A stretch of 64,000 nt of DNA from Podarcis gaigeae (GCA_964106915.2 OZ066930.1); one strand, 5' to 3'; positions 27,127 through 39,438 are shown, counted from the first letter of the stretch. A program made the numbers and translations. The notes: generated by a model from the letters alone, not told the origin.

Positions 27127-27473
27127 GACACAGGTGACGCTGTGGTCTAAAAACCACAGAGCGCTAGGGCTTGCCAATCAGAAGGTCAGCGGTTCGAATC
27201 CCCACGACTGGGTGAGTTCCTGTTGCTTGGTCCTAGCTCCTGCCAACCTAGCAGTTCGAAAGCATGTCAAAGTGCGAGTAGATAAATAGGTACCGCTCTG
27301 GCGGCAAGGTAAACAGCATTTCTGTGCGCTGCTCTGGTTCACCAGAAGCGGCTTAGTCGGAAAAACTGTCTGCGGACAAATGTTGGCTCCCTTGGCCAGT
27401 AAAGCGAGATGAGCGCTGCAACCTGGGTTGTCCGCAACTGGACTTAACGATCAGGAGTCCCTTTACCTTTACC
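27127..27473 (+). mobile_element. Sauria SINE (tail subtype B)
   Basis: ggttcgaatcc B box, ctgccaacctagcagttcgaaagc core, ccctttacctttacc tail. Confidence 0.9.
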
Positions 27474-28072
27474 TAGCTGAACATACAGTGAGGTAGAATC
27501 CCAGTGTGCTTTCTACAAAGTTGGGACTTGCATGAAGTATACAGTACCTTTTCACATGTTCCCTGAAATCTTATAAAGAAGGAGATCCCACAGCTTTTCT
27601 ACTTGAAAGCAAGCCATGTGGGCTGAAATACAGAGAGAGGGTTACAGGCTCCATACCATAGAAATTAGCACTCCTTAAAGCCTTATTGATCTCAATGCAT
27701 CCTAAATAGACAACTTTATCTGGATTGTGTCTGTTAGTATAGTGGGCTTTGTTTGCACAATTGCTACTTAAACTGGGCAGAATCTTCTTGTTTCAACTAA
27801 GCATCAAGCAACTTAGTTTAGATAACAGGATGCAAAGTATAAGCTAAAGGTCAGGTTTGCTTACATGTGTTCTCCAACTCAACAAGCAAACAAAAACAAA
27901 GCAGGTTACACAAGACACTCTTCAAAATTAAAGCGTTCATAATTAAACCAGCCAACAAACTTGATATTATATCTCTGTATTTTTCTATAGAGAGGTGAAA
28001 GAAAATGCTTAGAGAGTGATGGGAGATATCAAGGATTTAGTGACTTTAGTTAAACTGGTAGAATATTTACAC

Positions 28073-28113
28073 TGTGTGTGTGTGTGTGTGTGTGTGCGCG
28101 CACACACACACAC
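28073..28113. repeat. (TG)n-CGCG-(CA)n self-complementary microsatellite
   Basis: Direct reading. Confidence 0.9.
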
Positions 28114-28480
28114 TTATCAGATTGTTGTGTAATTGTAATAGAACTAATAATCCTGAACCATTTTAGTTTGAACTGTTGTCATGAATCAAACAATAAGCCA
28201 TTGTAAAATTATGCTTTAAGGGTTTTTTTAAAAAAATGTTTTTATATCTCTCTGTAGGCCTCTGTTACTGTTTTTATGGTATCTTTCACACACTTAATAT
28301 GGTATCTTTCACACAGTGGTAGAAGCATATACACTGCATTCTGAAAGTCTTAGTTTCAATTCCTGGTATTTCTCATTAGAATGATCATGCTGCAGGTGGT
28401 AGAATCAGTATTGAAAGGGACCTTGGAGGCAATCTAGTTTTAACTTTCTGGTCAATGCAGGATCTGCATTGCTGGACAAG

Positions 28481-28677
28481 AGAACATAGGAAGCTGCCAT
28501 ATACCCCCTCAGACCAGTGGCCCATCCAACTCAGTATTGGTTGCACTCACTGGCAGCAGCTCTCCAGGAATACAGGCAGGTATTCTCTCCCAGCCCTACC
28601 TGCAGATGCTGGGGATTCAACCTGGGACCTTCTGTATGCAGAGCAGATGCTCCACCGCTGAGCTGCAGACCTTCCCT
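28481..28677 (-). mobile_element. Squamate tRNA-derived SINE nested in a CR1 3' fragment (~28400-28750)
   Basis: Minus strand reads gggaaggtctgcagctcagcggtggagcatc...ggttgaatccc...ggcagcttcctatgttc; flanks resemble a CR1 3' end. Confidence 0.75.
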
Positions 28678-31087
28678 TACCACAGTATTTCTGACAAATG
28701 GTCATCCAGCCTCTGCTTAAATACGTCTGGCAAAAAAAGCCACCCACTCACCCCACTTCCCACAGAGGCTGCTTCAAGTGTGAGTAGACTTTACTAGTCC
28801 AGACTGATAAATAGGTAAGACTAAAGATAGCTTCCTAAGTTCTTAGAATGCCAGTGATATGCTTAAACCAAACCATGGAATTAATTTCAATATCCTATGC
28901 ATAAATGGATTTAAATAAAGGTTAAATACAAGCGAGAGATACTGACTGTCCACTGGCAGGTCTAATATTAAGGCAGGAAAAGGGGGGCTTTCAGAACTGT
29001 GTTCAGGCCTTGCTGTGAAACTGACGGGTAGCACAATGAGAAGCGCAAATTACGGTTTTGATTAAATCCTATTGTCTCTTTCAAAAGCAAGTTGAAGCCT
29101 TGTTTTGAAGTGCCTTACCAATCCAGATTTGTTTTAACCTAGATATTTCAAACAAGATTTACATCTAGAGAGTAAAAGTTCTTTGAACGCTTGCTACAAA
29201 AATATATCATCCCTCTGGGCACATGCCATTAAATAAAGATGTGTTCGCTAGTGCACAGGAAAGAAAGGTTTTTAACAAACTGGCACACACATGATAGACA
29301 AAAGAATTACTGTGATACTGATAAAAAGATTTGTGTGTGTGTAGATAAGCTTTTAAAGTCTCTTAAGCTAGACTTTGCCCAATCTTTGTGTGAAATTTTC
29401 CTTCTTTCAAGGTTTTATAAGTGCAATCTACATCTCATTTGAAAGCAGCAAAGCTGCTTCTAGATGGCTCTCAGTAAGTGTTCTGAAACTTCCCTAAGTG
29501 AAGACGAAAACTATTTTAAGTTTTCCCAAGAGCAATGAAGTCAAAACTTATTTCTGAAAATGATATCACTTAATTATTAGATTAAATGCAGTGTATTGAC
29601 TCCCCTTGTTTTGCTTCTTGTTCTTTTATTGAGTTTTTAAAGCCTGTACAGTACTTTTCCTTATGACTGCTTTATCTCTTTTTCTTTCTCAAATTTTGTC
29701 GCTAATGTTCTCCAATATGCAACGAAGTTACTTTGTAGCTTTACTTTAAAATATTGGTTTTGGACTCTTGTAAAGAACAATTTGTAGAATGATGATGAAA
29801 TTAGCTTGCGTGATAGAAGCATAAATGATTTAGAGCACGCCCAAACAGGGATATATGTAACCTTTAAAAAAAAAAAAAGAACTGTTGCAAAATCCATGAA
29901 TTACTTAGCAGTTTATTTTGGTAAATTGATATGTGATAAAAGTATTTTGGGTATTAAAGCTAAATGCTACAAAAATGGGAGCCCGGAAGGAAAAGAAAAG
30001 TGATAGCACATCTAAATGATGAATCCTTATTTCCCTGAAGAGCCAGTATGGTCTGAAGTGCATTGTTGAATACTACATTTATTTATTTTTTAGCCCAGAC
30101 TTTCACACTAATGGCACAAAGATCTACAGCAGCCAGTGTGCCTGGGGATATTAGGGCTGGGGCTTGCATGCACATCCTAGTACCTAGTTCAGCCCTTTAC
30201 TGGCTGAGCATGGCTCTCCCTCTGCCCTTGAAAAGGGGTGTGCATACATAGCTCTGGGTGTGTCACTTTTGTATAAGTATATGCCTGGCCTGTGCCACTT
30301 TTGTTTATGTTTTCCCTAAGTTCCTATTAGGTTTTTTTTTAATGCTCTAAAATTAGCATTTAAATAGGTAACTTGCATTGTTATGAGATGATTCAAGTGC
30401 TGACTGCAATGTTTTCTTTCTTTTTTACAAACAGTAACTGCTATAAGCAGTTAGAAAGCCTTTCTGCCACAGCATTCATGTTAAAAATGGCAAATGCCCC
30501 TGGGAGTGATGGGACGTGATAACGTGCCATCTCCCAGGGATGTGAGATGGGGAAAAAAGAGTCTCAAAGATGCTCTGCAAGTGCAATGCATAGGTGTCTG
30601 GTGCTGGAGTTGGACTGCTATATGTGAAATTAATATCTCTACTCAGGAATCAGTTGTCTCAAGTGCCTGTCCTCTGCATACTTGGGAGGAAATCTCTTTG
30701 ACATAAAAAGGGTATGTAAGTTCACATTTTTTTAAAATACTAGGATTTGAAGGCTGCTTCAGCTTATTCAGTGAAACATTTAGTCTTATCACTGAATTAC
30801 ATGTCCAACGTTCCCTTTATTTCTTTTTCTGAGTGAAATCTGCCCTGTGTATCTTCTTAAGAAGAAATTCCTTTCTCAGACATAGTAATGACCAAAATAG
30901 TGTCATTGGCACCCAGGTGGTCACAGATCCAGGCACTGATTAGGCCTGATTCAACATCATGATGTTCATACCATATCCTGGTTTGTGGAATGTGTGTGGA
31001 ATGCCCTTAAAAGTCAATATGAGTTTCTTTTTTTAATTACTCCAATAACTAAGTAGAATTGCGACATCTGAAATTTGAGTGCTGTAT

Positions 31088-31265
31088 CTAGGGGTGTTAT
31101 TGCTATGTTTGCTGTAAAGCAGCAGAGGGTCTTGTGGCACTTGAAAGACCAACAAATTTGTTACGGCATAAGCTTTCATGGACTGCAGTCCACTTTATCG
31201 GATTCAATAAGTGTTATCCTGAGTTATAGGTGTGTATATATGCGTTTGGAGGGCTGGGTAGTGTA
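31088..31265. mobile_element. Old Penelope-like element terminal fragment
   Basis: tcttgtggcacttgaaagaccaac...gcataagctttcatggactgcagtccacttt; same layout as 38191-38282. Confidence 0.65.
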
Positions 31266-32857
31266 AAAAGAGAAGTGATTTCAGGGATCCCTCATCACAC
31301 TTGTTCAGAAGAAATGTAGGTGTGCCTGCCCGATAGAATCAGTTTGACTATAAGCAAAACCAAGCTCTGGCTCCAGGCAAGTGCAAAAGATGAGATGCTT
31401 GTTGGCTGAGTTATCTGAAACTAATGCATGATGACATGGGCTGCATGGTCATCCAGAACAAAAATATCAGCTTAGGGCTACACTAAGACTGCAGGGATGG
31501 CAGTGTCAGTTCTGATTCCAATTAAGTCCTTGTAAAGATTTTTTTGCGGATAAAGCTTTCTGCTTGACTGTTAAGGTCTTTGTTTTGTATACACTCAGGA
31601 TGTATACACACATTAGATTGGAAAAATATATAGGGAGAACCAGGTTTTTTTTCATGTTTGTTGAAAAGATAGTTATATCACAATTGGCTCTGATACGTTT
31701 TATTGGACCTGTTGGCCCGATGAACCATTTTTCTTTCTATTTGCCTTAACCTCAGAGGTCCTACGCAGCAATGGTTATCAAAGTCATCTCAGACATAGCT
31801 ACAGAGGTGGTAGTGAGATGGCTAGAAATATTGTAGAATTGCCATTTTAAAGTTTAGAAACCAGGGGTCATACCATTTCATGGCGTTTTCAAAATACTTA
31901 GAAGCAGAAATGGGAAGGGACATGCACAGAATTCATTCTGCACATGGTTTGCCCTTGATGGGGTTTCATGCATATATTTCACTAGGAATCTATAACCGAG
32001 TGCAAAAAAAGAGCATGTGAAGCCGCCCTATGATGTCTGCATCTGGACAGCTGTTAGCAACGGAATATTTCCTTGTGTAGTCAAGATTCAGAGGGTGGTG
32101 TCTGGAGAAAACTACCTCTATATGCAGCTATAATTTCTGGGTGCTACACCTCAATAACTATTTTGGATTATCTGCAGTACGTTGTGTGTGCTGCTGTTAA
32201 ATAGGAATGTGCAGTAAAATTTCTGCAGGGTCATTTCATTGTTGTGAATAGTTAGTTGTGGCTTTACTCTGGTCAGACTGTGAGCCATATAAATTCTGCA
32301 TCAACTGTTAATTATGATAACATTATGCAGTTGTGGAGCAATGTAAAGAGTTTTTGACATGTCCCAGCACTCCCTCTATTGGGACACAACTGTCAGCTTG
32401 TATGCTACTTTCAGCCACATTAGTATAGAGAGGGAGTTCAGAAATACGTCTGAGTCCCCACAAAGATTGTGCACTGTGCATTAGTATTGCTGAAGTTTGC
32501 TTTTTCCAGATAACATGTTCCAGACTCCTGTACTTACAGGATATGCACACCTTTGCACCCACCTACACATAACATGTCCTGCATCGCTTGTGATTCTATT
32601 GTGTACCGTTGAATTGGTCTGCCTTTTCTTGGCAAGTTTGTTACTAGAGTTTGATTCACAAAACATGTCCATAGCTAGCTGTTTCCTTCAGAAAGTTATT
32701 TTAGGGTCATGTTAAGAAGTCAATTAATCTTGAATTCTAAACTTGGTACAAAAGCTCCAGAGTCTGATTCTGAGACTTTGCTTTGCCAGTACAAAGAATA
32801 TGGTTTTAGGGCAATATTAAGCCACCACATTATGGCACTATTTAATTTATCAATATA

Positions 32858-33040
32858 CAGTCGTACCTTGGTTGTCGAACGCCTTCGTACTCGGTCGTTT
32901 TGGCTCCTGAATGCCGCAAACCTGGAAGTGAATGTTCCAGTTTGCAAATGTTTTTTGGAAGCCGAATGTCCGGCATGGCTTCCATGGCTTCTGATTGAGT
33001 GCAGGAAGCTCCTGCAGCCAATCAGAAGCCACACTTTGGT
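32858..33040. mobile_element. One-ended Tc1/mariner-like MITE with internal hairpin
   Basis: TA|CAGTCGTACCTTGGTT left TIR; no right TIR seen. Confidence 0.7.
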
Positions 33041-33358
33041 ACTAAAACATACCATATCTCTCTCTCCTGCCCCCGCCCCCCGGATATCTTTTTTAAAAAA
33101 GGAACATCAATGATTTAAGCATTTATTGGTTAGATATTATAATAAAAAAGCTGCTTTATTTATTGAAGGTATTTTTACGTTGCTATCCAGCTGGGAAAAA
33201 AAAGACTCCCAGAGCAGTTTACAGCAATCAATAGTAAGATTGTTCCTGCCCTCAGGCTTACAATCTAAAAGACACAGCCCCAAAGGAAGAAGAGATTGGG
33301 AGGGTAGAGAACTGAAGCCAACTCAGGCACATGTTCAAAGGCTTGTGTGCTCCCTATA

Positions 33359-33584
33359 CAGTGGTACCTTGGGTTAAGTACTTAATTCGTTCCGGAGGTC
33401 TGTACTTAACCTGAAACTGTTCTTAACCTGAAGCACCACTTTAGCTAATGGGGCCCCCTGCTGCTGCTGTGCCACCGGAGCACGATTTCTGTCCTCATCC
33501 TGAAGTAAAGTTCTTAACCTGAAGCACTATTTCTGGGTTAACAGAGTCTGTAACTGGAAGTGTATGTAACCCAAGGTACCACTG
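33359..33584. mobile_element. Tc1/mariner-like MITE, ~225-bp family copy 3
   Basis: TA|CAGTGGTACCTTGGGTTA...TAACCCAAGGTACCACTG|TA; same orientation as copy 2. Confidence 0.92.
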
Positions 33585-34130
33585 TACCTTTTAAAGTACA
33601 TTTGAAGCACATTTTACCCCTTAAAAAAGTCTAGATACAGCAGTTTACCCCTCACAGAGTTAAAATTCCTAATAGCCCTTAACAAACTACAGTGCCCAGA
33701 ATTCTTTGAGCAGATAAACATGTTTTGAATGTGCTTTAAAATATAGTGTGCATGCAGCCTTAGTGTAGCTGCCTGCAGCTTCTCCTTCTCTAAGTAATAG
33801 ATGAGGCCAGGCTGATCAGTTTGTTGCCATGATGTTTTTCCTGGAAGGCAAGGGTAGCAGCCTCCCAGGGGTCCTTAGTCTCCTGCCTTGTTCATGCTTG
33901 TATATTTAGAAGTTTTGTCACCCATGCTGTCAACGTGCTGCATATCTGTTGAGTTTCTGGTCCAGGTCTAGTTGCCATGGAAAATGTATTGGGATTTTGA
34001 ACAGAACTTCAACATATGCATAAACTGTCTTAGGCTGGGGAAAGCCACCTTGAAGGTCCACATGAAGAAATGTAGTATGATAATCAGCCAATCAATAATA
34101 AAAAGGTTAAGTAATATGAATATAAGAGCA

Positions 34131-34311
34131 TGGAAAGGGCAATAGTTCAGTGGTACAGGTATATGTATGGTGGAAGACACAGGTTCAATCTGCAACATCT
34201 CAAGGTAGAATTGGCAAAAAAAATGTTTGGAATGGAACCATGGAAAACTGCTGCCAGTCAATATTGAGAAGATATTGAGCTAGATGAACTAGTGGCCTGG
34301 AGACAGCTTCA
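34131..34311 (+). mobile_element. Diverged squamate tRNA-derived SINE (same family as 28481-28677)
   Basis: tagttcagtggta...ggttcaatc...ctgctgccagtca...tattgagctagatg...cagcttc. Confidence 0.65.
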
Positions 34312-34391
34312 TCTGCTGGATGTCCCTTTACTTTAGCATGCTTTCCCACTGAAGGCAATCAGAGAGATGCATCCAGGAAGTTGTTGCTTCC

Positions 34392-34610
34392 CATCAGTTG
34401 GCATTCAGGGGCATACTGCCCCTGAAGGTGGATGCTGCATATACCCATTGTGACCAGTAGCCATTAATAGCAAACAAACAAACAAACAAACAAACAAATA
34501 AACAAACACACATCTTTTAAGGTATCTGCGCTGATGGCCATCACCACATTCTTTTGGCAGTGAGTTCCATAAATCAAATCACATGATGTGTAAACAGGGC
34601 TGTTTGTGCT
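34392..34610 (-). mobile_element. CR1 LINE 3' fragment containing a (CAAA)n run
   Basis: tagccatt...tggccatcaccaca...ggcagtgagttccat is the reverse complement of a CR1-like ORF2 end and 3' UTR. Confidence 0.6.
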
Positions 34611-36795
34611 CTTTAATATTGCCTATCTTGGTAATCACTGAAGCCTCTGAAGATAGCCTTCTTAAGCAACTTTGTGGCTGGCTTCTGAGTTTTCAGGAGA
34701 CATTGCCCAGACACTTTCAAACAGACCTGTACAGTCTGACTTACCTTCCCTTAAGAATTTCAGTTGTCTTATCTAAAGCAATCTGTACCAAACACTGGCT
34801 TGTGGATTGTCTGGGATTGTGCAGAATTGCAGCAAACACACACACAGCCCTCAAAATGTAGCAGTCCTTTTTTGTTCGTGCACTAACTGTCAGAGAGTAT
34901 ACCTTGCTACAGAACATTCTTTTCCTCTTTTGACTCGTAACAGAGCTTCCCCTGTATTTCACTGGTTGTCAGTAGAAAGGTTCATCCACCTGTCATCACA
35001 CCATCCCAAGTACCACTTCAGAGAATGAAGTCTGCCTCTCTCTAGAATCTGCTCTAATGCCGCCAGGAGGTGAAAGCACCTTCTGCTTCCATCCACAGAC
35101 CTTGGTTTATTTCTTCTGTTAAAAGAGGCATCTTGGCATTTCATAATACACTGGACACATTTCACCATAGGATATTCAGTAGTTTGGTTAGTTTTAAAGA
35201 GACGCTGCTAGGTTGATGGCATTTAGTCATGGAAGGTCTGGTTCCTGCAGGATGTTAAAAAGGTATGAAATATTTAAATAGAATGATGAAGAGCCTTTTG
35301 GTTACTGAGTATAGAATTGGACGTAGGAGCTGGATGCAGTGGAGGTTGAGGTAGCCTCAAGCATCATTTAATTAAGTTGTCTGGAGCATTATCATCCTCT
35401 TGAGTCTACTCCCATGTTAGTGGGCTGTATAGCCCCATACAGAGATGTTTTAGTATGAGGTTTGCATCTTGCTGACTGGGTTAGTTACTAGTGGCTGTGG
35501 TCTATGGCAATAGTACTCAACTCCTTAGCGTGGATCTCCTTTTCTTTTTCTTTTACAGAGTTGCTGTGGTGGTCCTGGTGACAGTGACCGTTCTTCTGAA
35601 AGACACCCATACACCCACACAACCACCCACCCACCCACCCACTGTTACACATCAAGCAAATTAAGAAATGGGTCCTCAAATGCATGCTTGGATTAAAGAT
35701 GGGTCTTGGGTCTGAAAGGACTACTGCTCCAAAATACTGAAACATTACTTGGGTACCGCGTTATAAAAACCCTCCCCCTCCATGGTATATTGTTTTAACA
35801 ACTTAATCCAAACTACATTTCAGATGGTTGTATGTAAAAATGTAAGCGTACATCATGAAATGAATGCTTTTGTAGTACGTGGATAAAGATGATGAGAGTT
35901 GGTGATAAATAGGAATGGAGAGGACAGTACAATGCTGAAGGCAAGTGAAAAAAAGCAAATAAAAGATTCATTGTTTTGAATAGTTATACAAACAGCATTT
36001 CAAGGGAAGCCAACAACAGCTAAGCAGGAAAATCTACTGGGGCAGAGGAGCATAATAATGAGACTGTAGGGCAGTTTCTTTTTAATAGCATCCAGGTTAA
36101 AGGCAGATGAGATAGTTTAGGCCCTTCCACAATCTATTTATTGTATGCATCGTATTAGACTTATTAGAAGGCAGTTTATTGGATTTTGTTTGTCTTCCCC
36201 CACACCCTTGTTTAACATGTCAACATTTTCTATCTTCTTAATACAAGAGAAAATGTCAATGCTTAATCAGAGGTGCTAACAGTTTTCTTCTGGATGTAAA
36301 TTGCTTGTTGTGTAACAGGAATGCATTAGTCTTAGCAAAAGTATAAGAAAATGAAAGGCAGCGAGAAGTAGCTCCATTGTTACCACTCCAGGCGTGTCTA
36401 ATGAATCGTGTTTCCATGTTCCCTCGATCATGCTGCGGAGTGCCCTTAGCAGGGCTAAGTCTTCTGTAAAATGCTCTTTAAGATTATTGTTGAAAGCACA
36501 GAAACGCTGGATGGGTGTTTGGTGGTAGTGGTGGAGGGAATGTTAATGAGGCAACTGCATTTCAGTCAGTACAGCTGCTGGGGTTTCTTGCCATGGCTGG
36601 AGCAGCAGTGACAGACAACTGTTCCAGCTCAGCATAAAGCCCTTTTCTCAGGGACGCAGGTTGTCAGATACTTGGTTGGCAATGCTCCTTTATAACTATA
36701 CGGTTGTGTTTTTTTTTTTTTTTAAAAAAAACCCTTGTGCTGGAGAAGCAAAGAAAATAAATGCCTGCCTGGGAAGGGTCTACTACTTAGAAACC

Positions 36796-36840
36796 CATAG
36801 AACCGTAGAGTTGGAAGGGACCCGAAGGGTCATCTAGTCA
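36796..36840 (-). mobile_element. CR1-type 3' terminal fragment
   Basis: catagaaccgtagagttggaagggacccgaagggtcatctagtc; reverse complement of the tail seen at 13140-13193. Confidence 0.65.
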
Positions 36841-37000
36841 TCAGGAGTAAAAGTAGCTGTGCCTTCAACCACCACCACCACCACCACCACAACAACAACA
36901 ACCACCCCACAGATTTTTGTTTTGCTCTTTGTTCTGCTTGTATTAATGCCCGTATGAACTGTATGTGTGCTTTCAAAAATATTTTGATTTGTAGTGGTTT

Positions 37001-37112
37001 TTGACCCAACTGCGAGAGGCAGTGGAAGACAGAAGTGCCTGGCGTGCTCTGGTCCATGGGGTCACGAAGAGTCGGACACGGCTAAATGACTAAACAACAA
37101 CAACAACAACAA
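37001..37112 (+). mobile_element. 5'-truncated RTE/BovB LINE 3' end
   Basis: gcctggcgtgctctggtccatggggtcacgaagagtcggacacg..., (CAA)n tail; AGTGGTTTT repeated at 36993 and 37112. Confidence 0.85.
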
Positions 37113-37398
37113 GTGGTTTTGTCAATGGAATCAGATGTGGCCTGTGATTTGATGGCGGGTTGTTGTTGTTTTGTTTGTTTGCATGCATGGGAAGGCCGTG
37201 GGGGAAAATATACAATTTTATGTGTAATCATTTTTTGGATTCAATGTATGTCTCTCTGTGTTCACACACACATGCTTGTCATAATTCAAGGGTAGGTTTG
37301 GTCTTATGTTCATTAGTTCTCATAGCTGTTTTTGAGAGGGGAGACAAAATGAGGACACTTCAGATACGAGTTTTGGACTGTCTTCTTTTGATGATGAA

Positions 37399-37760
37399 GG
37401 GATGCGGGTGGTGCTGTGGGTAAAACCTCAGCGCCTAGGACTTGCCGATTGTCAGGTCAGCGGTTTGAATCCCCGCGGCGGGGTGCGCTCCCGTCGTTCG
37501 GTCCCAGCACCTGCCAACCTAGCAGTTCGAAAGCACCCCTAAGTACAAGTAGATAAATAAGTACCGCTTTCTAGCGGGAAGGTAAACGGCATTCTGTGTG
37601 CTGCGCTGGCTCGCCAGATGCAGCTTGTCATGCTGGCCACGTGACCCGGAAGTGTCTGCGGACAGCGCTGGCTCCCAGCCTATAGAGTGAGATAAGCGCA
37701 CAACCCTAGAGTCTGTCAAGACTGGCCTGTACGGGCAGGGGTACCTTTACTTTTACTTTT
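37399..37760 (+). mobile_element. Full-length Sauria SINE (tail subtype A)
   Basis: tRNA-like head, core and tail; 18-bp direct repeat CTTTTGATGATGAAGGGA at 37385-37402 and 37756-37773. Confidence 0.92.
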
Positions 37761-38190
37761 GATGATGAAGGGAAATCTCATAGTTAAATTTAAAAGTGTG
37801 TCCACTTTTGCATAATGCTCTAGTCCAGGTAGCGTTGCGAGAGCTCACCTCTGCAAACATTCATGCAGGGATGAGTGGCCTGTGTCCCTCCAGTGGTGTT
37901 GGACGCCAGCTCCCAACCAGCATGATCAATGGTCATTTGTATTCCAGCAATATTTGGAGGACCACAGGTTGTTGAATTAGAGCTAAGTATGTTCTGATAA
38001 CCATTTTGTCGTTTGTATTGCTGAAAACAGTACAAGCTGTTGCTATCCACATGTTGGGAGATGTGAATGGCATTGCTAGTGCTATAGCAATGTTGAGTGA
38101 ATGGTGTGCAATAGGCTTCCATTTGTTTCTGATTACAACCTTATTTTTATGTTGCGTTTCCCCTCCGATTTAAAAGGCTTTGTGTAGATA

Positions 38191-38282
38191 AAACAAAAAT
38201 AAATTCCTTCCAGTAGCACCTTAAAGACCAACTAAGTTAGTTCTTGGTATGAGCTTTCGTGTGCATGCACACTTCTTCAGAT
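38191..38282. mobile_element. Penelope-like element terminal fragment with minimal hammerhead motif
   Basis: aaattccttccagtagcacctta shared with 61994-62016; 12-bp flanking repeat TTTGTGTAGATA at 38179-38190 and 38285-38296; CTGAAGA...GAAA core on the minus strand. Confidence 0.75.
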
Positions 38283-39264
38283 CTTTTGTGTAGATAGTTG
38301 TGCACAACTTCTTTTTAAAAAGAGGTTGTTTCACACTAGTTGGAGGTTACAGACTGACCAAGCTGTTCAATTTCTTGAGCGTTTTGAGTGACTGCACTGT
38401 AAACTGTATTTGCAGGAGTGTCAAAACAAACAGTGCATTTTAGTACTGATGGTTTGTGGTTGTACAAAGGAAGGTACTTCCTCAGTTCTGAGGAGAACTG
38501 ATGCCACATTTCTCTAGCTATGACCTGTGTAAGGACATCAGAGCAGGAAGTATGCTTGCACCTGGTATAGTATCAAGTCCATTTAGTCACTAAGGACTTT
38601 GAACACAAATCTTACAGGAGAATCAATGGCGATGTAACAATGATCGATCAATAGCATTGCATTTAATTAGATATTTTATGGCCTTAATGCAGTATTTCAG
38701 AATCAATGTAGCATTGCACTCCTTTGCTGCTTTTTTGTATGTCAATTTCCAGGACACATTGATACATCTGCATTTGTCACTAAACGGCTTCACTGTAGAC
38801 AAATTTAATCTAAAATGAAATGAAAGCTTTAGTATAGGCTTTCGGTAATTGAATTTTTGATATATTTATTTAATGTAGACATTTGCCAGTGAATTGGATT
38901 TTTAAATTGATTTTTAAAAAAAGAAAACCAGGAAGAAGTGATACTGTAGGAAAACGGAGCCCCAAACCCTGGTTATCACATAACTCCTCCTGTAGTTGCT
39001 TACTTCCTTGTCACAGGCACTCTCCTATCTTTCGGTAGAACAGAGCAATAAATTGATTTCCAGTCATTTTTAATGGTGAAACAACTAGTATTATCCTATA
39101 GAGTATGTTCCCCTTCATATTCACAGTGGCCAATATGGTTAGAGTACTCAATGTTCAGAGTGATAAGGTTTAATTAGTCCTGCTGTGGGAGGTAGAAAAG
39201 CTCTGTATTTTGGCCTTCCTCACATGCATGCAGATTTCTTGTTTAAGGGTTGAGGTACATGTTA

Positions 39265-39438
39265 CAGTCATACCTCATGTTGCGTTAGGTTCATGTTGCT
39301 TGCAAACGTTGCTTCGCACATGCACAGAAGCGCTCTATCGTGCTTCGCGCTTGTGCAGAAGCGCCACTTTAATTGCAGACTTTTCTGTGTGTGAAGGGCA
39401 CCCCGGAATGGATCGTGTCCACACTAGAGGTACCACTG
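39265..39438. mobile_element. Tc1/mariner-like MITE (distinct internal sequence)
   Basis: TA|CAGTCATACCTC...GAGGTACCACTG|TA. Confidence 0.75.
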
